From contig OX597822.1 of assembly GCA_951406725.2 (NCBI GenBank), positions 51,460,001 to 51,524,000 of the forward strand: a stretch of DNA of 64,000 bases. The letters are read 5' to 3'. Origin of the DNA: Octopus vulgaris (taxonomy: Eukaryota). This document shows, piece after piece, positions 25,617 through 39,375 of the stretch. Position numbers and translations under genes: made by a program. The notes beneath the pieces were generated by a model. It worked only from the letters and a program-made list of their open reading frames with translations. It was not told the DNA's origin and searched no databases. Position 1 is the stretch's first letter. Each line of letters starts with the position of its first letter.

Positions 25617-26017
25617 GCTAAATTATGTATTTAAGTAGCTTGCTTCGAGAGTTGCATTTCCTCGCACTCGCTACGGTATATTTATATATTTTGATAGTTT
25701 TGATTTTAAGAGTCCCTCCTACCGTGTGGCATATATGTATAGTAATGCCCTCTATATTATATAAATAAATATACTTAAGAGAAAAAATTGGTGGATTTTT
25801 CTCTTATGATTTTTTTCACATTAACTGCTTGATAAATTCTTTTAAAGATTTTATCCTATTTTTAAATATATATATATAACAAAGTTCAGCAAAATTTAGA
25901 TTTTCTACTACCTTGATGTTCTTAAAATTTAAATCAACACCTTTGTCTATATATCTACCTTCTCTATAATGTTATCAATTGATATGAAAGTTATGTATTA
26001 ATGGAAAACCTCTATTA

Positions 26018-26103
26018 ATAGCTGATGATTGCTCAACATTTTAAAATTGTTGTAATACTTACAACATTTACTAAAATGATGTAGCGTGAAACGATCGTAC
26101 CAA
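26018..26103 (+). ncRNA. Hammerhead ribozyme with long stem II
   Basis: atag-CTGATGA-ttgct...tgttgtaa tac ttacaaca...agcgt-GAAA-cgatcg-TA-ccaa; palindromic ACGATCGT; stem I partly mismatched. Confidence 0.7.
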
Positions 26104-26185
26104 ATTACCGATGTTATTCTTGTTGCTTATTTTGATTATATATATACATATATATATACACACACATATATATATACATATATAT

Positions 26186-26239
<54 letters not shown>

Positions 26240-29049
26240 TAATGCGTGCACACGTTGTTACATATACATGATAATGTGAATGCATAGCTATTCCTTTTCA
26301 CGTGAAATTCTATATATCTATTAACATTTTTTAAATTTAAAGTTTTCTCAATACTTGTTACTAGAGTACTTATCTTTTAAGAAAAAGGTCGATGGCTTGC
26401 AAGCTGTATATGAGGTTAACGATAGGCGGTTAGTAGACGAAACGCCATATTTACTGACCAACTCATTTTTGAGAAAATGTATGAGTAAGTTTCTAGATGT
26501 ATGTGTGTATGTATGTTAGTATTTATAATATGAGGGATTCTCACTTTGGAAACGACATATTAGCCTCCAAGTTTCGTGTGTTTAAACATTACACTCATTG
26601 AATTATTATTCTAAAAACGGCACATTGTCCCATCGATTTTGTACCTTTAATGTAATTTTCAAGTAGAATCAATACTACATGTTGTATTAGTATTAGGTAT
26701 TACAATTATAGGCAAAATCAATTCGATATTTTTCAACTAGCTTCCATAGCAATGGCTTTCTCACACTATGTTAAAGGACACTGTTAAATGACACGATGTT
26801 AACGGACACTTGGCCAATATATTTTGCTACATATTTGCTCAATATATAACAAAATATAGTCGGGTACACGATGGATGATAGCATACACAATTTCTGTTAC
26901 ATCGCACAAAATAAATTGTCTCTCTCTGTGCAATTTAGTTTTCATTTTCTGCTGATTTTCTGTTGGCCCTCTCTGCTTTCTCAGTACACTATTGCCCCTA
27001 TTTCCACATAACTTTCCATTGTCGTTTCTCTCAAACTTTGGTACATTCCATTTTATATATGACTGAATTCTGTCTACTCCTGTCTATTTATTCGTTCTAG
27101 TTGAATATTGATTTCATTTGTGTTTTATGTTATAAGATTTCACATCATTCCACTCTATATGTAAGTGATGTAGTGTGAATTATTTATTTTAGATATATAA
27201 CTGACAGTTACTTCAATATTTCTTCGCTTTCTTTTTCAAACTTTTTCAAACATTTATGTAATTTCTCACAAATCTAAACTGATTTAAGCACAAGAAATAT
27301 CTCATCCATAATATATTGGATGTCAATTTGTGAATTGCTACTATGTACGAATCAACAGAATAGGGGACGTTTAAATGATCTCTCTACATATTATGTGTAT
27401 AACTGTAATATGGTCTGATATGTGTGAGCAGAACTGTAAATAGGTTATTCCTGTGTTTTTTAAAGGACCACTTACAAATTAGGACAACTGCAATTTATAC
27501 TTCTGCGGAAAACAAAAACCTACTATTTGGCAGCTATTGTAGAAATGTAAAATAGATGTTATTAGACATAGGGGCCCATTGCATTTTCCGAATCGAATAC
27601 GTATTTAAGCTATTGAAATAAATTAAACTTACATATTCTCGTTGAAGTCCCTCTCCGCTTCCTCTGTTCGTCGAGATTTTGTAAGTCTTGGGGGAATAGT
27701 TTCATTTATCTCTTAATGATAAAGATGATTATCGTTTGGGTTTATTTAAACAGAAATTCATTTTGAGGAGTTACGATATGTAGACGGCCGTTCTATGAAA
27801 AATCATGTGCTTCTGTACATTAGGATAAATAACGATTGAGGCGAGGAAATATGATATTTTTATAGTATTACAAACGGGGACTCTTCATCTTGTCATGTCT
27901 CGGCTCTTTATCTTGTCGTGTCATAGGGAGCGAGATTTTGCATGTGGCGAATGTTTTCTTAATGGTTTGTCTAATAGAATGTAGGAGAATTGCGAACAAA
28001 AACATTGATGAATGATTACAGTGTGGAATGACTGCCAGAGTCGATGCAATGTTTCATCACGAGACTTTGGTAATAATGAACTGTTGAACAAAACTTAGAT
28101 TGTCAAATCTTTTCGTCGGTGGATAGTGTTCAGCAAAGTTTGTTAAATTCTCTCATCAAAGACCTAGATAGTTTTCTACAAATTCAGGAGTGAAATAATA
28201 TGCATGATGCACCCCTACTTCATTTCATCTTCTGGAATGACCACCAGAATCGATGCAGTGTTTCATTGGGAGACAGTCATAGTTTAAAACAGTTTAGTAG
28301 TAATAAACGGGTGAAAGAAATGTGGCTTCCATTCACCATAGACATTTGGAGATTGATGCCAAAAGATAAAAATTTGTTGTCAGCAGTATTTGGATTAAAG
28401 GCTGCAGTACTCCAACAATTCATATAACTTCAAAAACACCAAGACTCACAGTAGCTGATGTTATATGTATTGGTTTCATTAGATCCAAGTTCTGATGATT
28501 AGAGAGTTCGGAACAATATTGTAAACCGTTTCAAATCTGGTGTACAAGGACGTTGTGTGAAAGTATTAATCGTTGATTTAAATTACATTTAGGCAATAGC
28601 TCTGTTTCATAGAACTGCGAATATCCTGAAGGTAACATGAAATTATACAGAAAAATGCCTATCAAATCTTAACATAATTGATAATATGTAATGCCTTTTC
28701 AATATACGTTTTATCTTTTCAATATACGTTTTATCAATATACATAGTATATTAATTTGCAGACAGACTAATATATTTTCAATTGGTCACACAACTAGCTA
28801 TATTTTCACTTAACGTTTTGAAATTCTAATAACTTTATTAACACTACTGTAAAAAAAAAATGTAAATAAACTATATTACCAAAAATGTTTGCCTAACTTT
28901 GCAATGGCACTATTATGAATTAAAATAAAAATTAATTAAAAATAACTTTAAATCCCCAATAAGAAATATAGCTTTTTCTTTGATGTTTGTAATACCTTGA
29001 AAGCAACGTTTGATTAGAAACGATAGTTTCGTTGGTTAAATTACTATTT

Positions 29050-29450
29050 TACTCTTTTTCTCTTTTACTTGTTTCAATCATTTGACTGCGGCCATGCTGG
29101 AGCACCAGCTTTAGTCGAGCAAATCGACCCCAGGACTTATTCTTTGTAAGCCTAGTACTTATTTTATTGGGCTCTTTTGCCGAACCGCTAAATTACGGAG
29201 ACATAAACACACCAGCATCGGTTGTCAAGCGATGTTGGGGGAGACAAACACAGACACACATATACATATACATATATACATATATACGACGGGCTTCTTT
29301 CAGTTTCCGTCTACCAAATCCACTCAAAAGGCTTTGGTCGGCCCGAGGCTATAGTAGAAGACACTTGCCCCAGGTGCCACGCAGTGGGACTGAACCTGGT
29401 ACCATGTGATTGGTAAGCAAGCTACTTACCACACAGCCGCTCTTGCACCT
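29050..29450 (-). mobile_element. tRNA-derived SINE family A (CORE-like)
   Basis: Minus strand: ggctgtgtggtaagtagcttgcttaccaatcacatggtaccaggttcagtcccactgcgtggcacctggggcaagtgtcttctactatagcctcggg...; homologous to 466-860. Confidence 0.85.
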
Positions 29451-30141
29451 TACTGATGAATTTTCTTTTGGGAAACGTTTCAGCCCATATTATTTGCCAA
29501 TATGTTGTAACAATTCTTCTAATGCTCGATAAAATAAGTTGAGAACTGCGGTCGATATAATCGACTTACTTCTTCGCCAGATCTTGCCAAAATTTTGAAA
29601 TAAATATGTTGAACGCAATGTCAGGCAGTGGCTTTCAAGTCATTTGATCTTAACTGATTGGAAGTGTTATCATGTACATTAATTTTTCTTGGTATAAAAG
29701 AAAAGCTACAGCAAATATTCTGCTCAATATTAACCAGTTAATCATTTCTTTTAGTGGCTGACACTATGTACATCTCTGATCATGAGCAGAAGTAGTTGAG
29801 GAGCATCGTAACCAAGTGTTTAGAGGAATGCTTTGTGGTTGGAAAATCCACCTCAGTAAACATGAGTGTTTCGTTCATCATCCTTAAACAAACATTATTC
29901 AGGGACATTATGAGCAGGATAGGCTACTCGACTTGGAGAAAGTTTTAACTGGGCCTCACTTGCAAGATCATGCGCTGTTTATCTCGAGATGGTATCACCA
30001 TGTCACGCACATATGGTTGTGATGCATGTAACTGGTGTATATTTATAGGAAGCGTAGTGATGGTAGGTATATTCGGATTCGTATATTTGTACTGCAGTCT
30101 CACTTTGATAGCATTCGCTGCTCTCTCACTCTATAATAATA

Positions 30142-30238
30142 CTAAGACGAAGAAGAAGGAGGAGGAGGAGTCGGGAAAGAAGAAGAAGAAGAAGAAGAAG
30201 AAGAAGAAGAAGAAGAAGAAGAAGAAGAAGAAGAAGAA
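30142..30238. repeat. (GAA)n microsatellite
   Basis: Direct read. Confidence 0.95.
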
Positions 30239-30334
30239 TAGTAGGGTAAGGCTACTTGTAGCCCAAAGTTAGGATTCCTTTCTTTTCTAATCAGCTGGGT
30301 GGATAAAAAAATAATAATAGTAAAAATAATAATA

Positions 30335-30720
30335 ATGATAATATTAATTGAGAAAGAAAACAAACTATGTTGGATCATACATACAGCATGCCTAACTGAC
30401 AACAAGGTATGCGATAAGGAAGAAAGAAAAGTTGAGAGATATAACAGGTTAACTTGGGAAGTTAAGCATTTGTGGTCGATGAAAAAGGTAGCAGTAGTAC
30501 CAATAATTGTCGGAGCCCTGGGAACAGTGAGCAAAAATCTCGGGAAGTACATGGAACAAATAGGAGCTGCAAAAGGGTGGAGCACTTGCAGAAAACATCA
30601 GTTCTTGGAACCGCTCGAATACTCCGAAATGTGCTCGAAATATAGGCGTTACATTAGTTCACAAGTAGTGAACTGCAGACACCGCAGTACATCTCCAGCG
30701 TTAGAAGCTGTGCAAAGGCA
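30335..30720 (+). pseudogene. 3' end of R4/Dong-type non-LTR retrotransposon (restriction-like endonuclease)
   Basis: IILIEKENKLCWIIHTACLTD...KEERKVERYNRL...VAVVPIIVGALG, then frameshifted LQKTSVLGTARILRNVL; begins in a TAA-rich tract. Confidence 0.8.
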
Positions 30721-30922
<202 letters not shown>

Positions 30923-31227
30923 AAATTTTACTGCCGTTATTTCGGATATAATCTGATAATTTCTACTCTAATACGTGTATGTACATATTCGTGTACATAC
31001 TCCTCAAATATCTTAGTGGGTTTCATTACTGGCATTAAATTAATAAAATGTAATAAATGTATTTTAGTTAACTGCCAATGTATTGTATTTATGTGAATAA
31101 ATATGAATAATTAGATATAATTAAGTTTATATTATCAAATTACATTCGTATATTTTAGCATTTATTCTTAGGTATAAAACTAACAGTGTATAGATGCTAA
31201 ATTAATCAAATGTGCTTTCATATTTAC

Positions 31228-31335
31228 CAGTCTTCCCCTTTTCTATTGCATGCCTCCTCACAAGATGCACAATATCCTGTTTATAATCTTGTTTCCACTC
31301 AGTTTGTTGATGTGGATGAGCAGCCAATATCAAAC
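31228..31335 (-). CDS. Candidate 108-bp symmetric phase-1 host exon (possible secreted-precursor segment)
   Basis: Acceptor tttactcgtag|G, donor CTG|gtaaat, length divisible by 3, only one open frame: (G)LILAAHPHQQTEWKQDYKQDIVHLVRRHAIEKGKT(G); non-repetitive island in AT-rich flanks. Confidence 0.4.
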
Positions 31336-31753
31336 CTACGAGTAAATTATTGTTAAAGGAAATGCACGAAGCCATTACTACCGTGTTAACAGCACCATAC
31401 ACTATGTGAGTGCGTGTGTATGTTTCAATGTGTGTTTATCAATTTATCACAGTTAATATTTATGTAAGGGGTTTGGTGTGCATTGCTAAATACGAGAAAC
31501 AAAAGACACAGCAACTCATGTATTCCAGAAGATGAAAATTTCTTATGATGAAAACTTTTTCATTCCGCTTACGTTACTTTAGAAACGTTGGACCACATTA
31601 TATAGTGTTATCCTAGATGTCCCCTAAAACACTGGTGACTTAAGGTTGAAATGACTTTGGTAATACTGTTGCTCGATCGGGTTTAAAGTGTTCCTAAACA
31701 GTATGTAAAATAATTTCATCTACTCTGATCCAAATATTATCTTGTATAGTATA

Positions 31754-32318
31754 TCCATCAATATCTATAAAGCTAAAATGCGAAAAATTTGTTTGTCTCA
31801 ATTGGGGATGGGAACGGTAGATGGGGTCGGATTGGCTCCAAACTTTACAGGGACATGTAAAATGAGGCGAGGAAGCGGTTACTAGGGCAAAAAACCCAGA
31901 CTTTGACAAGTGTTTGTCGTTTCTCCCTTTCGGATATTACCCTATCTTCCTCGATCTCACTCTTTTCTTCGTTCCCTCCACTTTTTCTCCATAACGACGT
32001 TTGACAGCTTCGTCTCTCTGTCACTCTTTCTGCCACCACCTCTCTCACTGTACGTCTGTCTGTATCTATAGATAGAAAGCGTTGATAGCCGCAAAAGTTT
32101 AAATATTCCTGCCACTGGTCCTTTAGAACGGTGAATTATTATCGCCCTAGTAAATTTAACAAAGAAATCCTTTTTTTTTTACTTATTTTTAATCGCTCAA
32201 ATAATGGCACGTAAAAAGGCAAGTGTGCTTTCCTTTTGTCACTGCCTGATATTTATGATTGATCTTTCAAAAATATTCTTTCTCAACTTACTCAAGATCC
32301 TTTGTTGTTTATAAATGG

Positions 32319-32356
<38 letters not shown>

Positions 32357-32535
32357 TAGCGAGTAAGAGAAAGTGAGAGAGAGTCCGAGAGAAAGGAAGA
32401 GTAAGAGAGTGGGAAAGGGAGAGAGAAAAGCGAGAGAAACAAAAGGGAAAATGTGGTGATAAGAAATAAAAAGGAAGCAACAGAAAGTAACAACCACACC
32501 CTCACCCACGCGTAGAGCGGGTCACCTTAAGCTAG
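31754..32535 (+). mobile_element. Non-autonomous Helitron
   Basis: 5' A|TC...tatctataaagc...tgtttgtct start; 3' cccacgcgtagagcggg hairpin then CTAG|T at 32532-32536. Confidence 0.7.
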
Positions 32536-33041
32536 TCTTATTTATAAATTACATACGAATTGCCAGCCTTGGAGCAGAACGTTTACTCTCTCGATGGAAT
32601 AAATATTTAAATAACAAAACATTAAACAATTGATATGAAGACGGTGAAAGAAAAAATAATCCATAAACCCTATAGGCATCACGGTAGAAAAGGTTTGTAA
32701 TAGAAACGTTTAAATATGGGGACCATAACCACATTCAAGAAAATGTCTTTAAGATATTTGCATAACACATAAGAATTGGAAATATTGTGATATTTAATGC
32801 AAAATCATCTTCAAAGTATGTTCCATACACAAAATATGAAAGAGTATAAAAGAAGAATGTTTCAAGAAGCTTTTATTCTCTAGAAGTTCGTGTTCTATAA
32901 AAAGGAGAGGTTTTTTAAATGAATTTCCAAATTCAATATACTGAAGCAAATAATATTCTTGGCAATTAGGTAACAATAGAAAAAAAATAGCAAAGATGAA
33001 CGATGAATTATACATACAAGAATACAGACACAAACACGGAT

Positions 33042-33101
<60 letters not shown>

Positions 33102-34035
33102 GTATATATGTTTGCATAATTGTTAACACCCACACAGACATACATATGCATAAGTATATTAAGATAGATGCATGTGCGTATATACATATATGTGTGTGTA
33201 TTGGCGTGTTTGTGGTGGGATTGTACATTTAAATAAGTGTGGTTCTATACGAACATTTCCGTATGAAATAAATTCTTATTAACTTATATGGAATATTCTC
33301 CTAGATATATATGTAAGCAACAGAGTGTGTTTCTAGTTCGTATCTTTGTTGCTATTAACAACGCGGACCTATTGTTTTTTCCTATACGCTTTACTTACTT
33401 TTCTAAGGAAAAAAATATTATCATTAAAAATTCGTGGGCTAATAATGTGGATTGTATTCTGCACACGTTATTGGATTTTTATGGATAATTCACTATTTTG
33501 TCAAGCTGATAACAACAGAGAAAACCTTCCTATTTATTTGTTTAGAATTTTTTTCTGTGTTACGTTTCCTTATTGTTCTGTATGAAGGATGATTTGCTTA
33601 AATATAACGTCTTGAAACTATGCATTGTAGTAGATCAGCAGCCGTATATTTTAAATGGCACATTTGTAAATGTATGAAAGATTCACTCGTAAACAATATT
33701 CACTGAAATATGCAAAGAACCCTTTCCAGTGTGCATTGATTTTGTTATTGAAAACGTAAAAAGCCTTAATTCATTTTGTGAGAGATAAAATTTTATTTTA
33801 ATTATAATTGAATCTCATAACATCCTCAGATATGTTCCGTGTTTTCTCTATATGTTCAACAAATACAAAACGAAACAAAAAAAATATTACTGATAATTAT
33901 CCCAATAAAGCCGAGATTTGCATTCAGAGGATTTTACGGTTTTTTCGTATCTGTTATAATTTTATTGCCAAATAAATGCTTATTTCAAATTTGATATTGA
34001 CAAGTGAATATAAGACCTATATACAAACATATGTA

Positions 34036-35162
34036 CTAGGTCATCCCATAAATAATGCGGTTTTTTCAATTTTACTTTTGAAGATTTTAACAGTTATATT
34101 TTCAACGTTATAATGGAAGTGATAAAGGAGTATATTCAGCATATTTCGCTTTATGCGTACAATGAAGGCAGCATCGAAATGAAAAGTGCGCGAAATATTA
34201 AGGTAGCATATGGGGATCGGATAATAAGCGTAAGCTAGTATCAACGGTGGTTCCAGAAATTCCGAGCCGCAAACTACTGCCTTTTGGGACGAGTGTAGAG
34301 CATGACGAGGATGTCCTGCAATTCCCGGTGATACAACATACCATCGGAACTGTTAGAAACTAGCATAGAGGCTTGTATTTCGACATGCGTGCCTTCAGAA
34401 AAATTGGTAAATTGGGTAGATAGTTTCCTCACAAACTTTCCGAGGTTAATCGCGCGGAGAGAGTTAATATGGACTCTTCTTTACTGGCACGTCTCACGAA
34501 TGAACCTTTTTAGGAACGAATAGTGACTGGTGACGAGAGGTCGCTTCTCTATAAACATATCAAACACCGAAGACAGTGAATAAGGAAAGGAGAAACACAG
34601 GCTAAAGAACATCCTCACCAACGTAAGGTGTTGTTATCTGTCTGGTGGGATATGAAAGGTCTAGTCCACATTGAACTTTTAAACCCAAATCAAACGATAA
34701 CAAATTAGATCTACTGCGAGCAGCTTGAGCGGCTTAAGTCACCGCTAGAAGGAAAACGACCGTCATTGGTTTCAAGACGAATGGTGTTCTATCATCAGGA
34801 TAATCCTCGGCCATATACAGAGATGATGAAATTCCAATGGTTGCAACAGTTTCAATGGGAAAGGGTGACCCATCCACCATATATGCTGGACATTACATTA
34901 TCTGATTATCATTTATTCCGCAGTCTTCAAAATCATTTGGACGGAGAAAATTCTGTAGACGAGGTCAGAACAGTACGGGAGAAGTATTTTTCGTCATGGA
35001 CAAGTGAATTTTGGAAGAGTGGCCTTGCAAGTCTACCAGATACTTGGATTAGCATTATAGAAAATGAAGGAGAATATATTTTAGATTTAAAAAGAACTAT
35101 GTTAATCTTAACTTAAAAAAATAAAAGTATAATAAAACCGCATTATTTATGGGATGACCCAA
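34036..35162 (+). mobile_element. Degenerate mariner (DD34D) transposon
   Basis: TIRs ggtcatcccataaataatgcggtttt / aaaaccgcattatttatgggatgacc; broken transposase with IVTGDE, KVLLSVWWD, HQDNPRP, HPPYMLDITLSDYHLF. Confidence 0.9.
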
Positions 35163-35207
<45 letters not shown>

Positions 35208-35241
35208 TTTTATTCTTTTATACACTTTAGCCCTATTTTTA

Positions 35242-35292
<51 letters not shown>

Positions 35293-35647
35293 AGTAAATC
35301 ATAACTCCGAAAGAGAAGCAGACTCTAAGATACAGAGGTGTAAAGCAATTAATAACGACAGTTGTGTCCGGTCTATGGGGCTACTCTGGGTTTCACAACC
35401 ATAACGAGCGTTTCTTCAGAAGACCCTAATGGCCGGTGGCCCATGGAGAGTGGAAGAAAGAGTCGCTTGCGTGTGTGTGCCTGTCCAAGCGTCTGTGTAT
35501 TTCTATGTATATAAGCAAATTTAAATTTCTACATTCCTGTCGTATTGAGTCTTACACATGAAAGTATTCAAATAAGATTAAACCCTTTTGAAAGGGTGTA
35601 AGGAAAATACACACAGACATACATACACGCAGACATACACATGTATA

Positions 35648-35683
<36 letters not shown>

Positions 35684-35892
35684 TAAGTAGTTGAATGAAT
35701 TATCCTAGTATGTATCGGTTAACCGATATGTATCGGTTAGCCGATACCCAGGTAGCAAATTTACGTCAGAAAGCACGGTTGAAGCTACATGCCTAGGGCA
35801 GAAATCACGTGCTTTTGTGTGGAAATTTGTGGTTTTTTCATAGATAAATGAAAGAATGGAGTCGAACGACGATTTAACAAAATTCCTTTATT

Positions 35893-35969
35893 CTCGACAT
35901 ATGTTTCGAAGACTGCATATTCTTAATTCCGAAGGAATAAAGGGTGCAATATGTCGTCTTCTCACGGAG
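35893..35969 (-). ncRNA. Hammerhead with damaged CUGAUGA box in 3' UTR of second PLE
   Basis: ctc-CGTGA-gaagac...gtcttc-GAAA-catatg-TC-gag; stems I, II and palindromic III are intact, core is 2 nt short. Confidence 0.6.
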
Positions 35970-36485
35970 TCCATAGTGATAATGAGTGTTTCTTTAAAAT
36001 ATTCCGTTATAAGCAGTGACGTCAAAAATGGTTGGATGGATAAGATTCTAAAAAGTTCAAGAGTTCAAAAATGGTTGGAAGAGGCAGGTTCTAAGAATAG
36101 GGGGTGACAGAGTGCAAGTCGTATGTATGGTGATGCGTTGTTGTTTGCTTTTGCCAATGAGATTGAGTGCCTATGTGTGTGTATGTATATAACTGCATTC
36201 GTGTCTATGTGCGTGTATATGTGTGCGTGATTGTTTGTGTGGGGGGATAAATCCCAAATATATCTAGTGGTGAAGTGACAGGTTTGTGTCTGTGTGTTTG
36301 ATTGTGCTTATAATAGAGAGAGGGAGAGAGATAGGGGGAAGAGGTAGAGAGACAAAGGTAGAACATACCCCAAACGAATTTGGTAGTAGGCCTTCAAGTA
36401 ACGGAGTATTAAAAAATTTTGCCTATGGTGTTGTTGTAGATGTGGAACCAAATTTTTAAATTCACGAAGTTATCTATATTAATCC

Positions 36486-38490
36486 TCATTCATATGAGTG
36501 GAAGGTGTGTTTCTGCCAGTGCATGCATCTATAGGATTTTTCTACCATTGTGTTTACTAAAGAGAATTTGGCGAAAAGTATATAGAAAAGCTCGGAATTA
36601 CAGACGGCACAATAATTTCTGCCCTTATCAAAAGGAAAGGATACAGACAATATGGACCATTCCAGCTTGAAAGTTATATTGCTGTCCTTAAGACGCCAAA
36701 CTAATTTACTTAGTCCTGTACTTTGTTGTTTCCTCTTATCTCGGAAAGTTGAATAATGATTGGAAATCCTCTGGGATAATTTAGAAGTAGTCGCCCCAAC
36801 ATAGAAGAAGACACCGGTACCGGAAGAAACCCTACACTGGTAAATGGAATTTCTAATTTTGGAATTACTGGACAAGAACTTTAATCTGTTAGGGTTTACC
36901 TCCGAGACTAAGACGGAGTATTTATTGTTATGATTGCTATTAATATAACTGCTAGCACTGACCACTATACTATTTCTATTATTGTTATTATTATTATTAT
37001 TAATTGTACTATCGCCTGTAATATCCCTGGCTATAGAAATGCTGCCGTTGTTATCATCAATACTACCACTGTTATTAGAAATGCTGTCGTTGTTACCACT
37101 AACACTACCACTGTTAATAATCCGAATAATATTATTATTAATATTACCACTGTAAATGCCAACGCTGTTATAAATGTTGCTATTATCAATACTATTTCTA
37201 TTATTATTATTGTATGTTTGGTTAGAATTGGTAAGAATAGTGTTGTAACTCCCGGGTGAAGAATCCTTGTTTAGCAGCTTGCTATTATGGGAGGCAATAA
37301 TTTGTGATAGATTTCTAGTGTTGGAGAATGCAATCCTTAGCTTATGCGAATTGATAGTAGAGTAATACCTAGAATTCCTGGGAAAGTTCCTAGCTACGGC
37401 TTCACGGAACTGCAAAGGAAGGTTTGACTTGATTTGTTTTCCGAAAGGTATGACAAACCAGATATAGTTTTTAGTGGACTTAGAATTGTTTAAAGTGTTA
37501 CCAGTTACCTTAAAGAGAATATTTCTGTGCTGGAAAATTGGGCTTGGTTGCCGATTGCCTCCCCTGGTCCGTAAATTATTTTTCTTAAGTATAGTGGTGC
37601 CGACGTTGTCAGAGCTGAAATCATTATTCTCACTATTTCTATTGTTATTAGTTTTCTTATCCTGAGAAGTATATATAGGTTTAGAATGGGCCGGGTCGTT
37701 ATATGATACTTTATCTCTATAACCGGCTTTTGACAAGGCGGCGTTATAAAATTCCGCTTTCTGGTTAAAGATGTCGACATTAGCAGATAATTTTGACAGT
37801 CTTAAGGAAATATTTTAAACTAAATTATCGGTAATATTTTTGGCATGGTTACTGAAAATGTTGATATATTTAAGATTAGTAGAAGGTTTATGATATGGGA
37901 AGTATGAGTTATTCTGCAGATTTAGGGTACCATCTAAGAAGTTGGCTTTAGTTAATTCGTCGTCAAAAACTATGCTCAAGCCCATTCTGCTAAAAAATCT
38001 AGCTAATCTGTTCTTAATCTTCTATATCCTACTGTTCGGAGCATTCTGGAGGTAAAGTAGACACTCATCTCGATATAGACCGCCACAGATGTCCGGGAAT
38101 TGGTCGGCCAATTCATAGAGAATATAGATTCCGACCAAATCGGCTATCTGGGCGCTATCTGTACTTCCCATTAGCACATCGAACGCGTTGGGGGTATCTC
38201 TGCGGACCCACAACTTATTATCGAACTGTATGAAAGATTTTCTAGCTGCTAATAACACGTTAATTTCCTCCCTGGAGAGGCCTGCCTTCTTATGTGCGTG
38301 CCATAGGGCCTTATTGAGTACACTAGGGTTTATCGAAGGGTAGAAACTAGATATATCGAATTGTATAAATTTTGTGTTGTCCTTATTAGTAATAGAAGTA
38401 AACCACTCTACGACCTGAGTGGAGTTAGACCACAAGCTGAGTTTTAACATATTGATTAAAATAGGTATGTATTTATCTACAATGTACTTA
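36486..38490 (-). pseudogene. PLE RT + GIY-YIG, single frame with two premature stops
   Basis: FIQFDISSFYPSI, LMGSTDSAQIADLVG, GGLYRDE, NFLDGTLNL, SIYQC...YVGAT...RISNH...CAVCNSE...RCMH; ORFs 38022-38540 and 36486-37736 share a frame, interrupted by TAG (~38022) and TAA (~37816). Confidence 0.9.
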
Positions 38491-38604
38491 CATATATATA
38501 TATGTGTGTGTGTGTGTGTGTATCGTAAAATATCAAACATTGTTGTAGAGTTAGAAAACAGAGATATCTAATGGATACAAATTAATTTATTAAATATTCA
38601 TCAT

Positions 38605-38708
38605 ATTCACCAACAATTGTTTCATTTCACAAACAAAATTAAAATTACAAAACATGATTATATAATTTTGCATTTTAAGTATCTTGTATGAAAAATAATC
38701 AGTGTACA
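38605..38708 (-). ncRNA. Degenerate hammerhead-like motif
   Basis: CTGATTA-ttttcatacaa...ttgtttgtgaaat-GAAA-caattg-TT-ggtg; G8 mutated and stem I eroded. Confidence 0.35.
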
Positions 38709-38839
38709 AAGGTCAAAATGGATTACATTAGGATACCTTTGGGATACACAGAATATAGACATGTTTACTATGTGTCTAAGTATACTTGTGTATGTGTATG
38801 TTAGTATACGCGTGTGTGTGTATTCCTTTTATTTCAATT

Positions 38840-38857
38840 CAATAATAATAATAACAA

Positions 38858-38948
<91 letters not shown>

Positions 38949-38950
38949 CA
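38840..38950. repeat. (TAA)/(TAC)n microsatellite
   Basis: Direct read. Confidence 0.95.
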
Positions 38951-39239
38951 TGGATGATGGGTCATATATATGGGTAAAGTACGATTATGAATAAATAATA
39001 GTAAAGGTGAAATAAAACTCATGTTCCTGGAACATAAAAGAGCAAAAGTGAAACAAAATTTATACTCATTCTTGCACACGCGTGTGTGTATATGCGCCTA
39101 CGTATATGTATATAAATATATACATATATATATATATATATAACGGGAAGCTTTATGAAAATAAACAAACGACGAAGGCAGATGGAATACAAACAAACAA
39201 TTGTATTAGTATGGCGCTCAGGAATATAAATAAAACAAG

Positions 39240-39277
39240 TCTTTTACGTTTCGAGCCTACGCTCTTCAACAGAAAGA
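39240..39277 (-). ncRNA. Ultra-minimal PLE-type hammerhead (CUGUUGA variant)
   Basis: tcttt-CTGTTGA-a gagc gtag gctc-GAAA-cg-TA-aaaga inside a ~200 bp insert between (TA)n tracts. Confidence 0.65.
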
Positions 39278-39339
39278 TACACAGAAAAGAAACACGGAAA
39301 GAAACAAGGAGAGAAAAAATGCGTTCAGAAGCTAGCAAT

Positions 39340-39375
<36 letters not shown>

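Larger units (their letters stand above)
25192..25762. mobile_element. Truncated PLE-type insert with inverted pLTR arms, each carrying a hammerhead
   Basis: Arms 25192-25342 and 25552-25762 are reverse complements (right arm has an extra ~55 bp); left end abuts (TA)n. Confidence 0.8.
35680..38490 (-). mobile_element. Second Naiad-type PLE, 5'-truncated
   Basis: RT-GIY-YIG frame plus ~800 bp 3' UTR; both ends at microsatellites. Confidence 0.85.

Noticed and set aside
35378-35427. Hammerhead on minus strand (gggt-CTTCTGA...GAAA-cccagag-TA-gccc)
   Set aside because: Core and stem II are too degenerate to call, though it may be a decayed copy.
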